Of a stretch of 64,000 nucleotides of DNA, positions 1 through 13,116 are shown one piece after another. The notes under the pieces were generated by a model. The model was not told the DNA's origin, searched no databases, and saw nothing but the letters and a program-made list of their open reading frames with translations. The DNA is taken from positions 4,402,001 to 4,466,000 of the forward strand of contig OX597826.1 of NCBI GenBank assembly GCA_951406725.2. The letters are read 5' to 3'. This DNA comes from Octopus vulgaris (taxonomy: Eukaryota). Made by a program: the position numbers and the translations under genes. Position 1 is the first letter of the stretch. Each line of letters opens with the position of its first letter.

Positions 1-147
1 GAGGCGTATCCAGTTGTATAAACCTCGAGAGGCGAAAATTGAATTCACTATCAACCCCTCCTACACACTCACACTATTTTATTTATATACACACGTATGC
101 ACACGCGACATGCATACACTTACCGTTCAGATACACACAGCAAACAT

Positions 148-180
<33 letters not shown>

Positions 181-229
181 CATACAGACACACACACGCA
201 CATATATATATATATTTACACATATACAG

Positions 230-260
<31 letters not shown>

Positions 261-465
261 TATTTATATATATAGCCATGTATTGTATTTATATACACAC
301 ATATGCAACCGCACACACATAGACATATGCATATACATACAGTTCAGATACACACACGCAAACACACACACATATATATGGGAGCATAAAAGCAAACAAA
401 TTACACTTCAGTGGTTATTCATTTAGAGCATACTTTCTCTTTCTCTCTCCATTTCTTTCTCTCTC

Positions 466-542
466 TCAATAAGTTCTCAGATCTGATGTGGATGGTCTCC
501 TAAAGTCGACTCGTGTGCCATGACTTTGCTTCATCAAGGCTC
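466..542 (-). CDS. Possible terminal coding exon
   Basis: Weak acceptor catatatag|GAGCC. Phase-1 reading is (G)ALMKQSHGTRVDFRRPSTSDLRTY*, in frame with the phase-2 reading of 5607-5638. Confidence 0.2.
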
Positions 543-1149
543 CTATATATGATCGTCCAACAGATGATATACGAGACCACACACACTCATACACTCACGC
601 ACAATGCAAATATAGAAGCATTAAAGACTGATAAAATCTATTCCGCCACCTTTTAGTTTGCCTTAGTAATCTTACTTCAAGCCTAACTGTATTTTCTTCT
701 TGTGTATCTGCCTGTCTTCTTTCAGTTACTCTCATTGTCTTAACCACCACCCACACTCCTTTATTCTCATTGTCTCATTCCCTCATCATTTTCTATCAAT
801 ACATGTATCACCCCTTCTTTATTTCTTTCAATGATTATCTACCTCCAGCTCTTCTCTTCACTTCTGAACCCCCCCCCCCCCCCACTATTTCAATACTGTG
901 CCGATTTATTTATTCACTGTCTCTTCGTTTCTGACACCTTTCTCCCATAACACCTTAAACATCAATTTTATCTGATCTGCTTATTGTGTGTATATATGTA
1001 TATGCGTATATTTGAATGTGAGTGTATATATATATATGTGTGTGTATGTGTATATATGAATGTGTGTAGATATAAATGTGTGTATATATATATATGTGTG
1101 TGTGTGCGTCTGTCTGTGTCTGTGTATGTGTGACTTTATAAGTGCTCAC

Positions 1150-1207
<58 letters not shown>

Positions 1208-1648
1208 GTTCGTCATGCCTACGCGAAATGTAGTATTTAGTCACAAAAGATAAATCAAAACAATACAACTCGCTACGTAAAAATAAATTTTCTTTAGTAA
1301 TTTTGCTTTGACATTCTGTTTAGCTAAGAAAACCTCTTGGGGATATAGGCAACACCCCCTTTCGTACAGAAATGAATGTAAATATATAAACAGAAAGAAA
1401 ACAGCTAAAATCTACAACCGCAGAAACTCCTCTTCACTTCTATCGAAGTATGAAATATAAAAAAAAAATTAGGTTGTTTAGTACGATATAAAAATAGAAA
1501 TGCGGAATAAAAAGAAATTTTGTAGTAAATATGAAGAAATTTAAAAAGTAACTCAGGAATTTTAAAATCATGTTCTAGCATGACCTAAACTTTCGTATGA
1601 GATAGACATAAACGCATCCTTACATATATGTAGGTATGTGTGTGTATA

Positions 1649-1880
1649 GGGCGGCGAGCTGGCAGAAACGTTAGCACGCCGGGCGAAATGCTTAGCGGTA
1701 TTTCGTCTGCGTTACGTTGTGAGTTCAAATTCCGCCGAGGTCGTCTTTGCCTTTCATCCTTTCGGGGTCGATAAATTAAGTACCAGTTACGCACTGGGGT
1801 CGATGTAATCGACTTAATACCTATGTCTGTCCTTGTTTGTCCCCTCTGTGTTTAGCCCCTTGTGGGTAATAAAGAAATAG
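1649..1880 (+). mobile_element. tRNA-derived SINE, family A (GGCGGCGAGCTGGCAGAA head; GCCTTTCATCCTTTCGGGGTCGATAAA body)
   Basis: Pol III A/B-box-like head (gagttcaaattcc), about 20 copies in the window, flanked by direct repeat taggtatgtgtgtgtat. It resembles octopus tRNA-derived SINEs; the exact family name is not assigned. Confidence 0.9.
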
Positions 1881-1999
1881 GTATGTGTGTGTATTCTTCT
1901 AAAAATCAGTCTGAAGATGTTAAATACGTTCACTTACACACATGTGTGTGCGTGTGTCTTTGTATTTCTATGGAAATGTATGTGCATAAGTATGTATAT

Positions 2000-2393
2000 A
2001 GGTGCAGGCGTGGTTGTGTGGTAAGAAGCTTACTTCCGAATCAAATGGTCTCGAGTTCAGTCCGACTGCGTGGCACCTTGAGCAATTATTTTCTACTATA
2101 GCCTCGGGCAAACCAAACCCTTTTGAATCGATTTAGTAGACGGAAACATGTATCTGTGTGTGTGTGTGTGTCATTGTGTCAGTATTGGTTCCCCAGCACC
2201 AACTGACACGGTGTTGGTGTGTTTATGTCCGGTGACCTGGCGGTTAATCAAATGTGACGAAGAAACAGATAGAGCGAGTGCGTGGCTTCAAAATTATAGT
2301 ACTTGGGGTGATTCATTCGACAAAATAACATTTTTCAAGATGGCGTCCCAGCATGGCCGCAGTCTAATGAGTGAAACAAGTAGAAGATAAAAG
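2000..2393 (+). mobile_element. SINE family B (GCAGGCGTGGCTGTGTGGTAAGAAGC head, CORE-like ggcaccttgggcaagtg, internal microsatellite)
   Basis: Recurs at ~13812-14250 (+), 15690-16085 (+), 8600-9030 (-), 24328-25080 (-, two copies), 25935-26338 (-), 51826-52232 (-), 52655-53053 (-) and 60370-60510 (-). Confidence 0.85.
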
Positions 2394-2398
2394 ACACA

Positions 2399-2611
2399 CA
2401 GAGTGGCCCCAAACTAGGTTTACGGTCATTCAACTACTTCCTTCGCATTCATATAATAACAGTTTAGATCTTAATTATAAAAGAAATATGAAACCCTTAT
2501 TCTATGCTAATTTAGTTAATTGTGAGATACAAATTTGAATGTAATAAATTATTTTAAAAGAAATTTAAAGTGCCTACGTAATAACTGTAAACCAACTTTG
2601 GGGTCACCCTG
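2399..2611. mobile_element. Tc1/mariner-type MITE
   Basis: TIRs cagagtggccccaaactaggtttacggt and actgtaaaccaactttggggtcaccctg, followed by TA. Confidence 0.8.
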
Positions 2612-2642
2612 TACACACATATATTAATGTGTGTGTATATAT

Positions 2643-2948
2643 ATCACCGTCACCGTGACCGACCAGGTTATCAGATGTTGCTACACATCGATGGTCACAA
2701 TACGCTTCGCATTGTTTTAGCCTTCAAAACGCCACCCCGCTGGCTAAGCGAGCAGGGTACCAGAAGAAAGAGTGAGAGAAAGTTTTGGCGAAAGAGTACA
2801 GCAGGGATCGCCACCATCCACTGCTGGAGCGTCGTGGAGCTTTAGGGTTTTGCGCTCAATAAACACTCACAACGGCCGGTCTGGGAATCGAAACCGCGAT
2901 CCTACGACCGCGAGTCCGCTTCCCTAACCACTGGGCCATTGCGCCTCC
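2643..2948 (-). mobile_element. tRNA-derived SINE family C (octopus OR-type-like)
   Basis: Minus head ggcgcaatggcccagtggttagggaagcggactcgcggtcgtaggatcgcggtttcgattccc is tRNA-like. Related copies lie at ~16110-16398 (-) and ~18510-18750 (+, fragment). Confidence 0.85.
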
Positions 2949-2965
2949 GTGTGTATATATATGTG

Positions 2966-3196
2966 TGTTTCTTTACTACCCACAAGGGGCTAAACACAGA
3001 GGGAACAAACAAGGACAGACAAACGGATTAAGTCGATTATATCGACCCCAGTGCGTAACTGGTCCTTAATTTATCGACCCCGAAAGGATGAAAGGGAAAG
3101 TCGACCTCGGCGAAATTTGAACTCAGAACGTAACGGCAGACGAAATACGGCTACGCATTTCGCCCGGCGTGCTAACGCTTCTGCCAGCTCACCGCC
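2966..3196 (-). mobile_element. SINE family A, full length
   Basis: Reverse complement of 1649-1880. Confidence 0.9.
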
Positions 3197-4148
3197 CTCT
3201 GTATATATATATGATGGGAAAACATGGCGCATTTTGTAGAGTCCAGATCTAAACGGAGGAAACAAACCGTCTTTCATCAATCTCTCTCTTCCTCTCTCTC
3301 TCTCTCTCTCTCTCTCTTTATCATATCATTCAGTTGAGTCAAATGCCTGCCAAACTCGTGGACCAAAAGAATTTGGCTCGCTAATCAATATCGTAGGATG
3401 TAATTACTTATTTGATTACATCAGGGAAAAACCAAATTATTTGATTACATCAGACGAAAAACGTAATTATTTCCTGTAAATAAATAGTAACAAGACATCT
3501 GCTATTGCTATATATATATAATACTAATTTGAAGAATAATAAAATAGTTATATTGTACTAATTGTCTATCTAATTAAAATAAACAAAATTACTATTGCAA
3601 TGGCGAACACAGGTTTTACATTTTATTTGTGTTGTTTCGATGAAAGTCGAGATTAAGAGGAAAGGTTAGCATTTCTCGTTAGTAATGTATCTTTATTGCG
3701 TTGGATGGTGAACTGGGAGAACCGCTAGCGCCCCGAGCAAAAGGCTCACCTGCATTTCGTCCATTTTTACGTTTTGTGTTCCAATTCGGCTGACGTCGAC
3801 TTTGTCTTTCATTCTTTCAAGCTGGATAAAATAAGTACCAGCAATACACTGGGGTCGCTGTAATCTGACTTACTCACTCCTTCGAAATTGCTTGCCTTGT
3901 GCCAAAATTTGAAACCAGTATGTCTCTATTGCGTGCAGCAAGTAAAAGACAAGTGTTCAGTGCACCTTCCGGGTGAGTGATACGTTTAAGATAGGAATCG
4001 AAATTGCGTCTACAACAAGTAGTTACATATATTGTTACTGCCGACTACATTTCATGTTTTATATAAGAAAAGAGCGGCGAGCTAGCACCATCATTAGAAC
4101 AGCGGGCAAAATGCTTAGCGGCATTTCTTCCCTCTTTAGACTTTGCCT

Positions 4149-4289
4149 ACATTACTTACATTTGATGGATATTTGTCCTCATCCTGTTTGTTGTTAACAC
4201 AACGTTTCGGCTGATATACCTTCCAGCATTCATCAGGTGTCTTGGGGATATTTCGAACCTGTTTTCTCATTCCTAACGTATTTTTCGAC

Positions 4290-4322
<33 letters not shown>

Positions 4323-4610
4323 CAGATCAATGCCAGGAATCGAATTCGGAATCTTGGGGTAAGAGCGCGGGCTAACTTATTCCAAGATTCCGAGTTCGAT
4401 TCCAGGCAGTAACCTGAATAACAATAATAATAACATCGAGAAATACCTTAGGAATGAGAACCCAGGTTCGAATTTTCCCCAAGACACCTGGTGAAGGCTG
4501 GAGGGTATATCAGCTGAAACGTTGTGTTAACAACAAACAAGATGAGGACAAATATCCGTCAAATGTAAATAATGTAAATAATGTACATAATTCCTCATCT
4601 CTTAAATATA
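4149..4610. mobile_element. Head-to-head inverted pair of a tRNA-headed element with Penelope-type hammerhead tails, inserted in a family A SINE
   Basis: About 210-bp arms invert around ~4360-4380. B-box gagttcgattcc is present, and each arm carries gacac-CTG(A/G)TGA...GAAACGTT-gtgtt. The host SINE halves lie at 4074-4140 and ~4620-4722. Confidence 0.8.
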
Positions 4611-5606
4611 GAACTGTACGACTGAGGGTGGATAAAATAAGTACCCCTGGAACTATTGGGTCGATGTACTCGACTAACCCCTTCTCCCAAAATTGTTGAT
4701 CTTGTGTCAAAATTTGAAACCAATATTTTGGATAAAAATTGAAAAGGCGACGAGCTGGTAAAAATCATTAGTATATCGGACTATATCTTAGTATTTCTTT
4801 CAACTCTTTACGCCATTTCTCCTTTCGAGGTCGATAAAATAATGTACCATTTAAGTACTGGGGTCGTTCAAAACGGTTGGCTTTAAACTCTGTTATGGTC
4901 CTGCATCCTGTTCAACAGGAATGATGTGATCTCGATTTCACGACATGGAAACTGCACAGTCGGCCCTGTGCATTTAATAGTCTGAAATGAGACCTATTTT
5001 CGCTGGCTAATTAGTGATACCTGTATTCAGGATTTGATTGATGTCATTATACAGATCGATATTATAGCAACGAAAAAGAAAGAAATAACTTCACGATAAA
5101 TTTGCATGTGTCTTCATAGACAAAGACAATATAACAACAGAGAAGGGAAAAAAAAGGACAGAGAAGCAATCATAAGGGATGAAATATTTGATGAGGTAGG
5201 CAGATAGTTTGAAAGATAGATAAGTAAATAATTATTTCTTACTTAGGCCGAGTGTTAGTAATTTTGACACAAAGAGGTCAACCAACACCCTCTGCCCTAT
5301 TATTCACTGAGTGGTACTTTGTTATCAACTATGGAAGAAGGAAAGGCAATGATAATTTCAGCGGGACTTGAATTCACAATATAAAGAGCTGCAATTCTGA
5401 AAATCCATTTCGCATATTTGTACGTAATTCTAACATAAGATAGTATACCTCAGTATGTGAGGATCTATGTGAATATAATGTTTAATATAATATAACATAT
5501 AATATATAACGAAAAAATTTAGCACAGAGGGGCGAAAAATACGGATGCATTTTTAAATAGAGCAAACATTGAACCTAGACAGAAAGAATATGCTCTGCTC
5601 ACTCAC

Positions 5607-5638
5607 CATTTGTCGACCTGTTATAATTCCAGCACCTT
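5607..5638 (-). CDS. Candidate 32-nt exon of the same minus-strand gene
   Basis: Minus strand: ttttgatacctctttcag|AAGGTGCTGGAATTATAACAGGTCGACAAATG|gtgagt, with canonical acceptor and strong donor. It reads (R)[10 protein letters not shown] in phase 2 or (E)[10 protein letters not shown] in phase 1. Confidence 0.6.
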
Positions 5639-5779
5639 CTGAAAGAGGTATCAAAATATGTGTATACATATGTATGTGTGGGTATATATATATATAAATA
5701 TATGTATGTATACATATGGATATATATATGTGTGTATACATATATATATATACATAAATATATACATATGTATACATAC

Positions 5780-5859
<80 letters not shown>

Positions 5860-7128
5860 ACATATATATATATAATTTTACACACACGCGTGCACGCACG
5901 TAGTGAGTATATGCAATGTGTGTGTGTTGTGCGAGTATATCTATGTATGCGTTTTACATACAGATAGTTAGCTTTATCAACTAAATACAGTAAAAATTTC
6001 TATACGTGATGACTATAACGTGACGGTTGACTTTTTCGGGCTATAAACTGCAAGACTATTTGGGATTTACTTCACAAAAGTTCAACAAAGAAATATATGA
6101 CCCATTTTTATGAATATTATCCGGCAAGACGTATTTTCTTTTGCCTGACCAAACAGAAGACTTAGCGTTGCTAGGAAACCAGCGAACACATAGTTGAAAC
6201 GGTCGAAGAAAAAGAAGGAGAAGGGTTAGAGTGTGTTGAAGATGTAGAAGAGTTAATAAAAAGTCATAGAGGCGATGGAGATGGTTAGAGACAAGTTAGG
6301 ATTTACAGAGGTCAACGAATAACGCAGGGAATTAATGCGCTTTATAGGTAGACATGGCTGATATACAAGGATATTTCAGTGCGTATCGTATACACATTGT
6401 ATGTGTATATGATTATCTTCCCTCTCTCATTTTCTCTCCCTCTCTGTCACACACACACACACATTTATATATAGATATATACACATATATATATATATAT
6501 CTATGTGTCTATATATACGCATGCACGCGTTTGTATCTATATTTTACAAATACATGTGTGTCTGTGTGTTCACATCTGTATATGCATGTGTCTGCGCAAG
6601 TGCATACCTGCACATATATTTACGTTTCTGTTACTGTATATGCATATATACACACATATATATATTCCCTCTCTATATTCCACTCTTATTATTCCCTCTT
6701 TCTTTCTCTCTCCCTCTCTCTCTCACACACACACATACAGATAGATAGATGCACTTATATAATTATATTTGTGTATTTCTAAGGCCACGTACAACTATCT
6801 CAATAATAGTAAATCTGAATTTCATCGGACGGAGTTATGCCCAGGAAGAAAAATATAAAATGCCAATAAGAGAAGTAAAAGACAGTGGAACAGAAAGCAT
6901 TAAAATACTTGAGAACCGAACAAAACCGTCCACCGAAAATGCATATGGCGAATCACTGATAAGATTATACGTACAGATATACATACATACATACATACAT
7001 ACATACATACATACACAGTTGATATTTACATATTTTGATGCATGCATATATATATGTGTGTGTGTATATATATATGTATATATATGTGTGTATATATATG
7101 TGTATATCTATGTATATATATAAGTATA

Positions 7129-7165
<37 letters not shown>

Positions 7166-7310
7166 TAGATATATATGTATATATATACATATATACATAC
7201 ATACATACATATATACATACAGTTTAGATTACATGCTTTAATGTATGCATGTGTACATACACACACACACACACAAGACACGCATTTAAAGATGTATATA
7301 CAAGCCTATA

Positions 7311-7371
<61 letters not shown>

Positions 7372-7472
7372 AATACATACACTCACGAACAGATGTATGT
7401 AGGATTTGTTATGTATATGATGCTGTAGATGGGTTTTGTTCAGTGAATGTGTGCTGGTACTGGAATGATTAC

Positions 7473-7495
7473 CTGAAATACTTGCTTAAGGCCAT
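7473..7495 (-). CDS. Possible alternative exon end or start-codon exon (MALSKYF-R, phase 2)
   Basis: Minus strand ggaacATGGCCTTAAGCAAGTATTTCAG|gtaatc, with A at -3 and G at +4. Phase 2 matches exon 5607-5638. Confidence 0.2.
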
Positions 7496-7652
7496 GTTCC
7501 TTTGCGCTTGATCTTGAAGGATCTGCACTCTCTTGCCCTTCACCCCATCCCTAACCACGATGACAGAAGACCGGATTTAATCTCGGAACACACGGAGCCG
7601 AAACAAATACGGCATGTCATCTCATCCGACGTTGTAACATTACATCAAATCC

Positions 7653-7723
<71 letters not shown>

Positions 7724-7825
7724 GTCTAACTATCGATCTATCTATCTGTCTGTCTAACTATCGATCTATCTACCTGTCTATCTAACTATCGATCTATCTA
7801 TCTGTCTATCTATCCATCTATATAT

Positions 7826-7887
<62 letters not shown>

Positions 7888-7985
7888 GTTTATCTATCTA
7901 TCTATATATTTATCTATCTATCTATTTGTTTATCTATCTATTTATGTATCTATCTATCTATGTCTGTCAGTCTGTCTGTCTGTTT
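7653..7985. repeat. Compound (TATC)n/(TGTC)n microsatellite
   Basis: Seen directly. Confidence 0.95.
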
Positions 7986-8087
7986 ATTTTATTTGTCTTT
8001 CTATCTTGGTATCTCTCTGTGATTGCCTGTGTATATGCATTATATATATTTATATACATATATACATACACACACATACACACACAC

Positions 8088-8131
<44 letters not shown>

Positions 8132-9973
8132 TCCGGAATGGAGCAGTGCTATAACATGATTATCTACCATGATGGTTTTGTGATAGTGGACATTGACAGT
8201 AAACATGTCAGGTAAGATTTAGAGTAGCTGGGGTGGGTGGGTGGGTGATGGGGGTAGGGGGCGGCGGTCGAAAGACAGCATGTATGCTTCTGTTGTGTTG
8301 TCTTCACGGTAGATGATGATAATAACCTGGCATTGTAGTTCATTATGATAGAGAGGCATTGTTCGTGATGTCTTCGGATTATGAAAAGAGAAGACACAGC
8401 AGAGGCTGAAGTGGTGCGTCATTATTAGCGGTTGCAATAGTGGCGGTGGTGGTGGTGGTGGCGGTGGTGGCAGTGGCGGCGAAGGTGGTGGCTTTTGTTG
8501 TTTAGTACCAAACCAGCTCCGATCGGCCAGACCTTTTTACTCCAAGCCGCTCATTCTGTGATCGCCATGTTTTGTGTTAGTCCGGACGTGATATATAATT
8601 TTTATCGTTTCAATTTTATCAGCCATTGGACTGTGGTCATGCTGTGTCACTACTTTGAGGGCTTTAGTCGAATAGATCGACCCCCATAACTTCTATTTTG
8701 GGCTGGTATTTATACAATAGTTATCTTTTGCTCCTGTAAGTTGAGGGGGCAAATTTGCATACTTATAACTACATATATATATGTATTTATCCATCTATCT
8801 CTTTATGTATGTATGTATGTACCTATCTATTTGTCTGTCTGTCTATCTATCGATCTATATCTATACATGTACACACACACACAAACAGTCACACATCGAG
8901 CTTCCACACAGTTTCTTTCTCCTATATGCACTCACAAGATATTGATTGGTCAGCCTTTAACTTTAGTACAAGACATTTGCCCAAGGTGTCACATTGTCAG
9001 GCTGAACCCAAAACCTCAAAACCATACCTGCGCGTATGTGTGTGTGTATTATGAGGGTTTCATATTTGTTACCCTGAAAACCTTACTACTGCTGCTGCTG
9101 CTCTCACCGGTGTATGAACAGCTACATAAATGGACTTAATTGCTGGAAATGCTGCATTGCCTGTAAGCAAAAATAGGACGGCCCTATCGCTCCCAAAAGA
9201 TATCAACTCAATTTTGACCATTATCGTTATTAGTAACTCTGCTAATTATCTTAATTAACAACCTTATTTTGATCATCATCATCATCATCATAATCATCAC
9301 CTTCATCTAAGCATGTAAATATATAAATAGATAAATATATAATGTGTGTCTGTGTAGATATAATTATAACGACAGAGAATGTATTAACTGGATATTTACT
9401 GGCTGAAAGACAAAAAAAAAAAAAAAAAGAATGCGTGTATATGTAAACGTATATATCTAAAGTGTGTTTAAATGTGTATGTTTCTGTGTCTATTTCTGCA
9501 TACGAACAAGGTTAATAGCAATGTAAATGGTGTCTTAGATTACGAATCGAAACGGCAATCCTCATGTTTACCGGTCAGATAACACTTGACGAGGTTTAAT
9601 CGCATATCAAATTTCTTTTTCTTAAACAAATATAATCAGTGTTATCTTTCAGCTTCTTTTGTTTGTTTATTGTTGTTGTCATTATGATGATCGTTTTTTG
9701 TTTTTCTGTTTTTAACTTCTTCTAACTCCTCCCCACCTCTTCCTGCTATACAGTATCCCATATCAACATGGTTCTATGGCTAGCGACCAAAGAATTTTGT
9801 CTTAGATTCTTTATTATCGGTTACAGTAACAAAATGGTTTATCATTGGCCATTCATAAATTTCAATATGAGTACGTTTTGACAACTAACATATGTGAATT
9901 ACGCTTGTAAGAACAGAACGAAAGGTAGAATTAGGGTTGAAAAAACACCATTTATGATATTTTGATAACTGTA

Positions 9974-10733
9974 GGGCGGCGAACTGGCAGAAACGTTAGC
10001 ACGTCGGGCGAAATGCTTAGCGGTATTTCGTCTGCCATTACGTTTCAAGTTCAAATTCCGCCGAGGTCAACTTCGCCTTTCATCCTTTCGGGGTCGATAA
10101 ATTAAGTACCAGTTACGCACTGGGGTCGATGTAATCGACTTAATCCGTTTGTCTGTCCTTGTTTGTCCTCTCTGTGTTTAGCCCCTTGTGGGTAGTAAAG
10201 AAATAGGTATTTCGTCTGCCACTACGTTGTGAGTTCAAATTCCGCCGAGGTTGACTTTGCCTTTCATCCTTTCGGAGTCGATAAATTAAGTACCAGTTAC
10301 ACACTGGGGTCGATATAATTGACTTAATCCGTTTGTCTGTCCTTGTTTGTCCCCTCTGTGTTTAGACCCTTGTGGGTAGTAAAGAAATAGGTATTTCGTC
10401 TGCCGCTACGTTCTGAGTTGAAATTTCACCGAGGTCGACTTTGCCTTTCATCCTTTCGGGGTCGATTAAATAAGTACCAGTTACGCACTGGGATCGATAT
10501 AATCGACTTAATCCGTTTTTCAGTCCTTGTTTGTCTTCTCTGTGTTTAGCCCCTTGTGGGTAGTAAAGAAATAGGTATTTCGTCAGCCGCTACGTTCTAG
10601 TTAAAATTCCGCCGAGGTTGACTTTGCCTTTCGGAGTTGATAAATTAAGTACCAGTTGTATACTGGTTCGATCTAATCGACTGGCCCCTTCCCTAAACAT
10701 TTCAGGCCTTGTGCCTATACTAGAAAAGAATAT
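9974..10733 (+). mobile_element. SINE family A head-to-tail tandem of four units
   Basis: One complete head plus three ~185-bp units joined at aaagaaata/ggtatttcgtc. The whole array is flanked by atattttgataact. Confidence 0.9.
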
Positions 10734-13081
10734 TTTGATAACTTTAGCTATTTATATATTTATATACAGAGAGTAATATAACGAGCTTCCGCGCTGTTGA
10801 CCTACATTGGTACGCTCGTTGACTACATTGGTAGGCTCGGGTCTAATTTGTCCTGGGTGCAGGATGTTGAGCCGGAACTAAGCCACGTTGCTGCGAAGTG
10901 AAATTTTTATCCAAAATCCTTTTATATGTGTGTGTTTACCCACTGAGTATTAGATTCCTGATGTAAATCTAAAATAATATAAACTACAATTTATGAAAGA
11001 GTTTACACATAAATTATACTTGGGTAGTGCAAACATGAATATTGAATCTCATCTTTACCCCAAATGCAGTGTGATTTGTTTTCTTTAATCATATGTCAGT
11101 GAGGGAAACCTACTGTCCATATAACAATCATATATGAAGTTTCTCCTTAGTCTATGGATGACAGCAGTGTTTATTGTTTTATGAGAGTACTTTTGGCATA
11201 AGGATTGTATTTATCTGTGGTTAAGATCGTTGCATATAAAACAAATAGAATAAACTTATCCAGGAATGTCTGGGGTTTGAAATAACATCCTACTGATTTA
11301 ATCGTACATTGAAAACACCTCGGCTGATGTAAGCTATAGGAAATTCCACAAAACGTTGCAGTATATGCATAACTGAGAAGAGACACATAATTAAAGTAAA
11401 CTGCAAATATTGTAAATGTATCAGGATCAGTTGTCACTAAATATCGCCACTTAGATAGTATTTCCTTAAACACTGAAAAGCCACACCACAACCTGATTGA
11501 ATCCCTTATTGCTTAACTTTATACGATGAATAATGATTTTTTCTGTATTTACATCTGATTTAGCTCATTAATAAGTCTTCTGAGGTCTCGATACGAAACA
11601 TTTATACTTAACTCAATCGTTTTGCGTTTCAAAATTTTAACTTAACCCACATAAATAATAAAGTCGTCTTTTAACTTCCAATTTACCCAGAACTAGTCAC
11701 ATACATTTTCTTTTTTGCGTTACATTTACATATATTTAAAAACCTACAAATTCGCTAGATTTATTAAACAGAGAGAAATGATTCAAGCAGCAATATTTAT
11801 TGTTATGGCCTTTCTGTTTTAATTTTAGCCTAAATACTGTAATGAAAACCACGCATAATAATTCATATCAGCGACAGATATTTTCAAATGGTTTGAAGTC
11901 TGATGAACGCTTGCCATAACTTGAACGGAAAACTTGAAGTTATAATCTATTATCCCTAACAGGTTGTTGTTGTCGTTGTTGTGGTCGTTGTTGCTGTTAT
12001 TCTTCTTCTTCTTCTTCTTTTATTATTATTATTATTATTATTATATTTGTTATTGTTTCTATTATTATTGTTATGTTTGTTATCATTATGTAAGCACGAA
12101 GAAGACCCCGCCCACACACAGCCCAGACAGACAGATAGATAGATAGATAGATAGATACCACGTTATGGTTGTATGTCTTTATATGTGTTATTCTTTCTCC
12201 GTGTCTCGTATATATATGTGTATAATCGTACATATATTAGAGTACATAATACATACATACATACATACATACATAACGTCTTCCTCTCATTTATAATTGA
12301 CATCTTTACTGCGTGATTAGGCGGAAACATTATATTACTTTTCTTTGAAAATATCTGAGAAGAAATCATGCGTGAAAACTCTGTAACATCCTTATCATCT
12401 GATCGTCCTTTTAATCATCATTATATCGTCATTTTTTTCATTATCATTACCATCATTATACTTAAGGCCATCATCAGCATCGCCATCATCATGGCCGTCG
12501 TCGACATCATAATCGTTGTAATCATTATCATCATCATCATCATCATCATCACATTCATTGTCGCGGTCACCGTCGGCTTCATAATTATCTTCATGCTCGT
12601 CGTCTTCGACTTCATATTCACACCATCACCATTATCATCATCAGCATCATTATCGTCGTCGTCGTCACGTTCCCCCATGAAACCCATCACCTTCGTCGCT
12701 ATTATCAGCATTATAATTAGCAATCATAAGCATCATTTTCATGATTAAGAACATATATATCAACTTCATCATTAAGAATATATCACCACCATCATAATTA
12801 AAATCATCATTATAGACGTCATCGTCGCCGTCGTGACTTCAACAGAGGTGGCGCTGTGATCGGCGTTGACATCATCATTACCCTACATCCCGATTGACCA
12901 AGCTCCTATAATCACACAGTCATTTGCATTTTTATCAGTCGAGCACTAATCACATCGATCAGTACTAATTAGGGGGACAATTCATTACCATCTGCTGAGT
13001 TAGTAGTTATTACTAATTATTACTAATTAGAAAAGAGCTGTAACATTACTACTACTACTACTACTGCTGCTGCTACTACTA

Positions 13082-13116
<35 letters not shown>

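Noticed and set aside
8138-8211. Plus-strand ATG...CAG|GTAAGA mini-exon (MEQCYNMIIYHDGFVIVDIDSKHVR)
   Set aside because: No partner plus-strand exon was found and it is opposite to the better supported gene, so it may be chance.
9974-10733. Regularly repeated units as a CRISPR-like array
   Set aside because: There are no unique spacers; the units are SINE bodies in a eukaryotic context.
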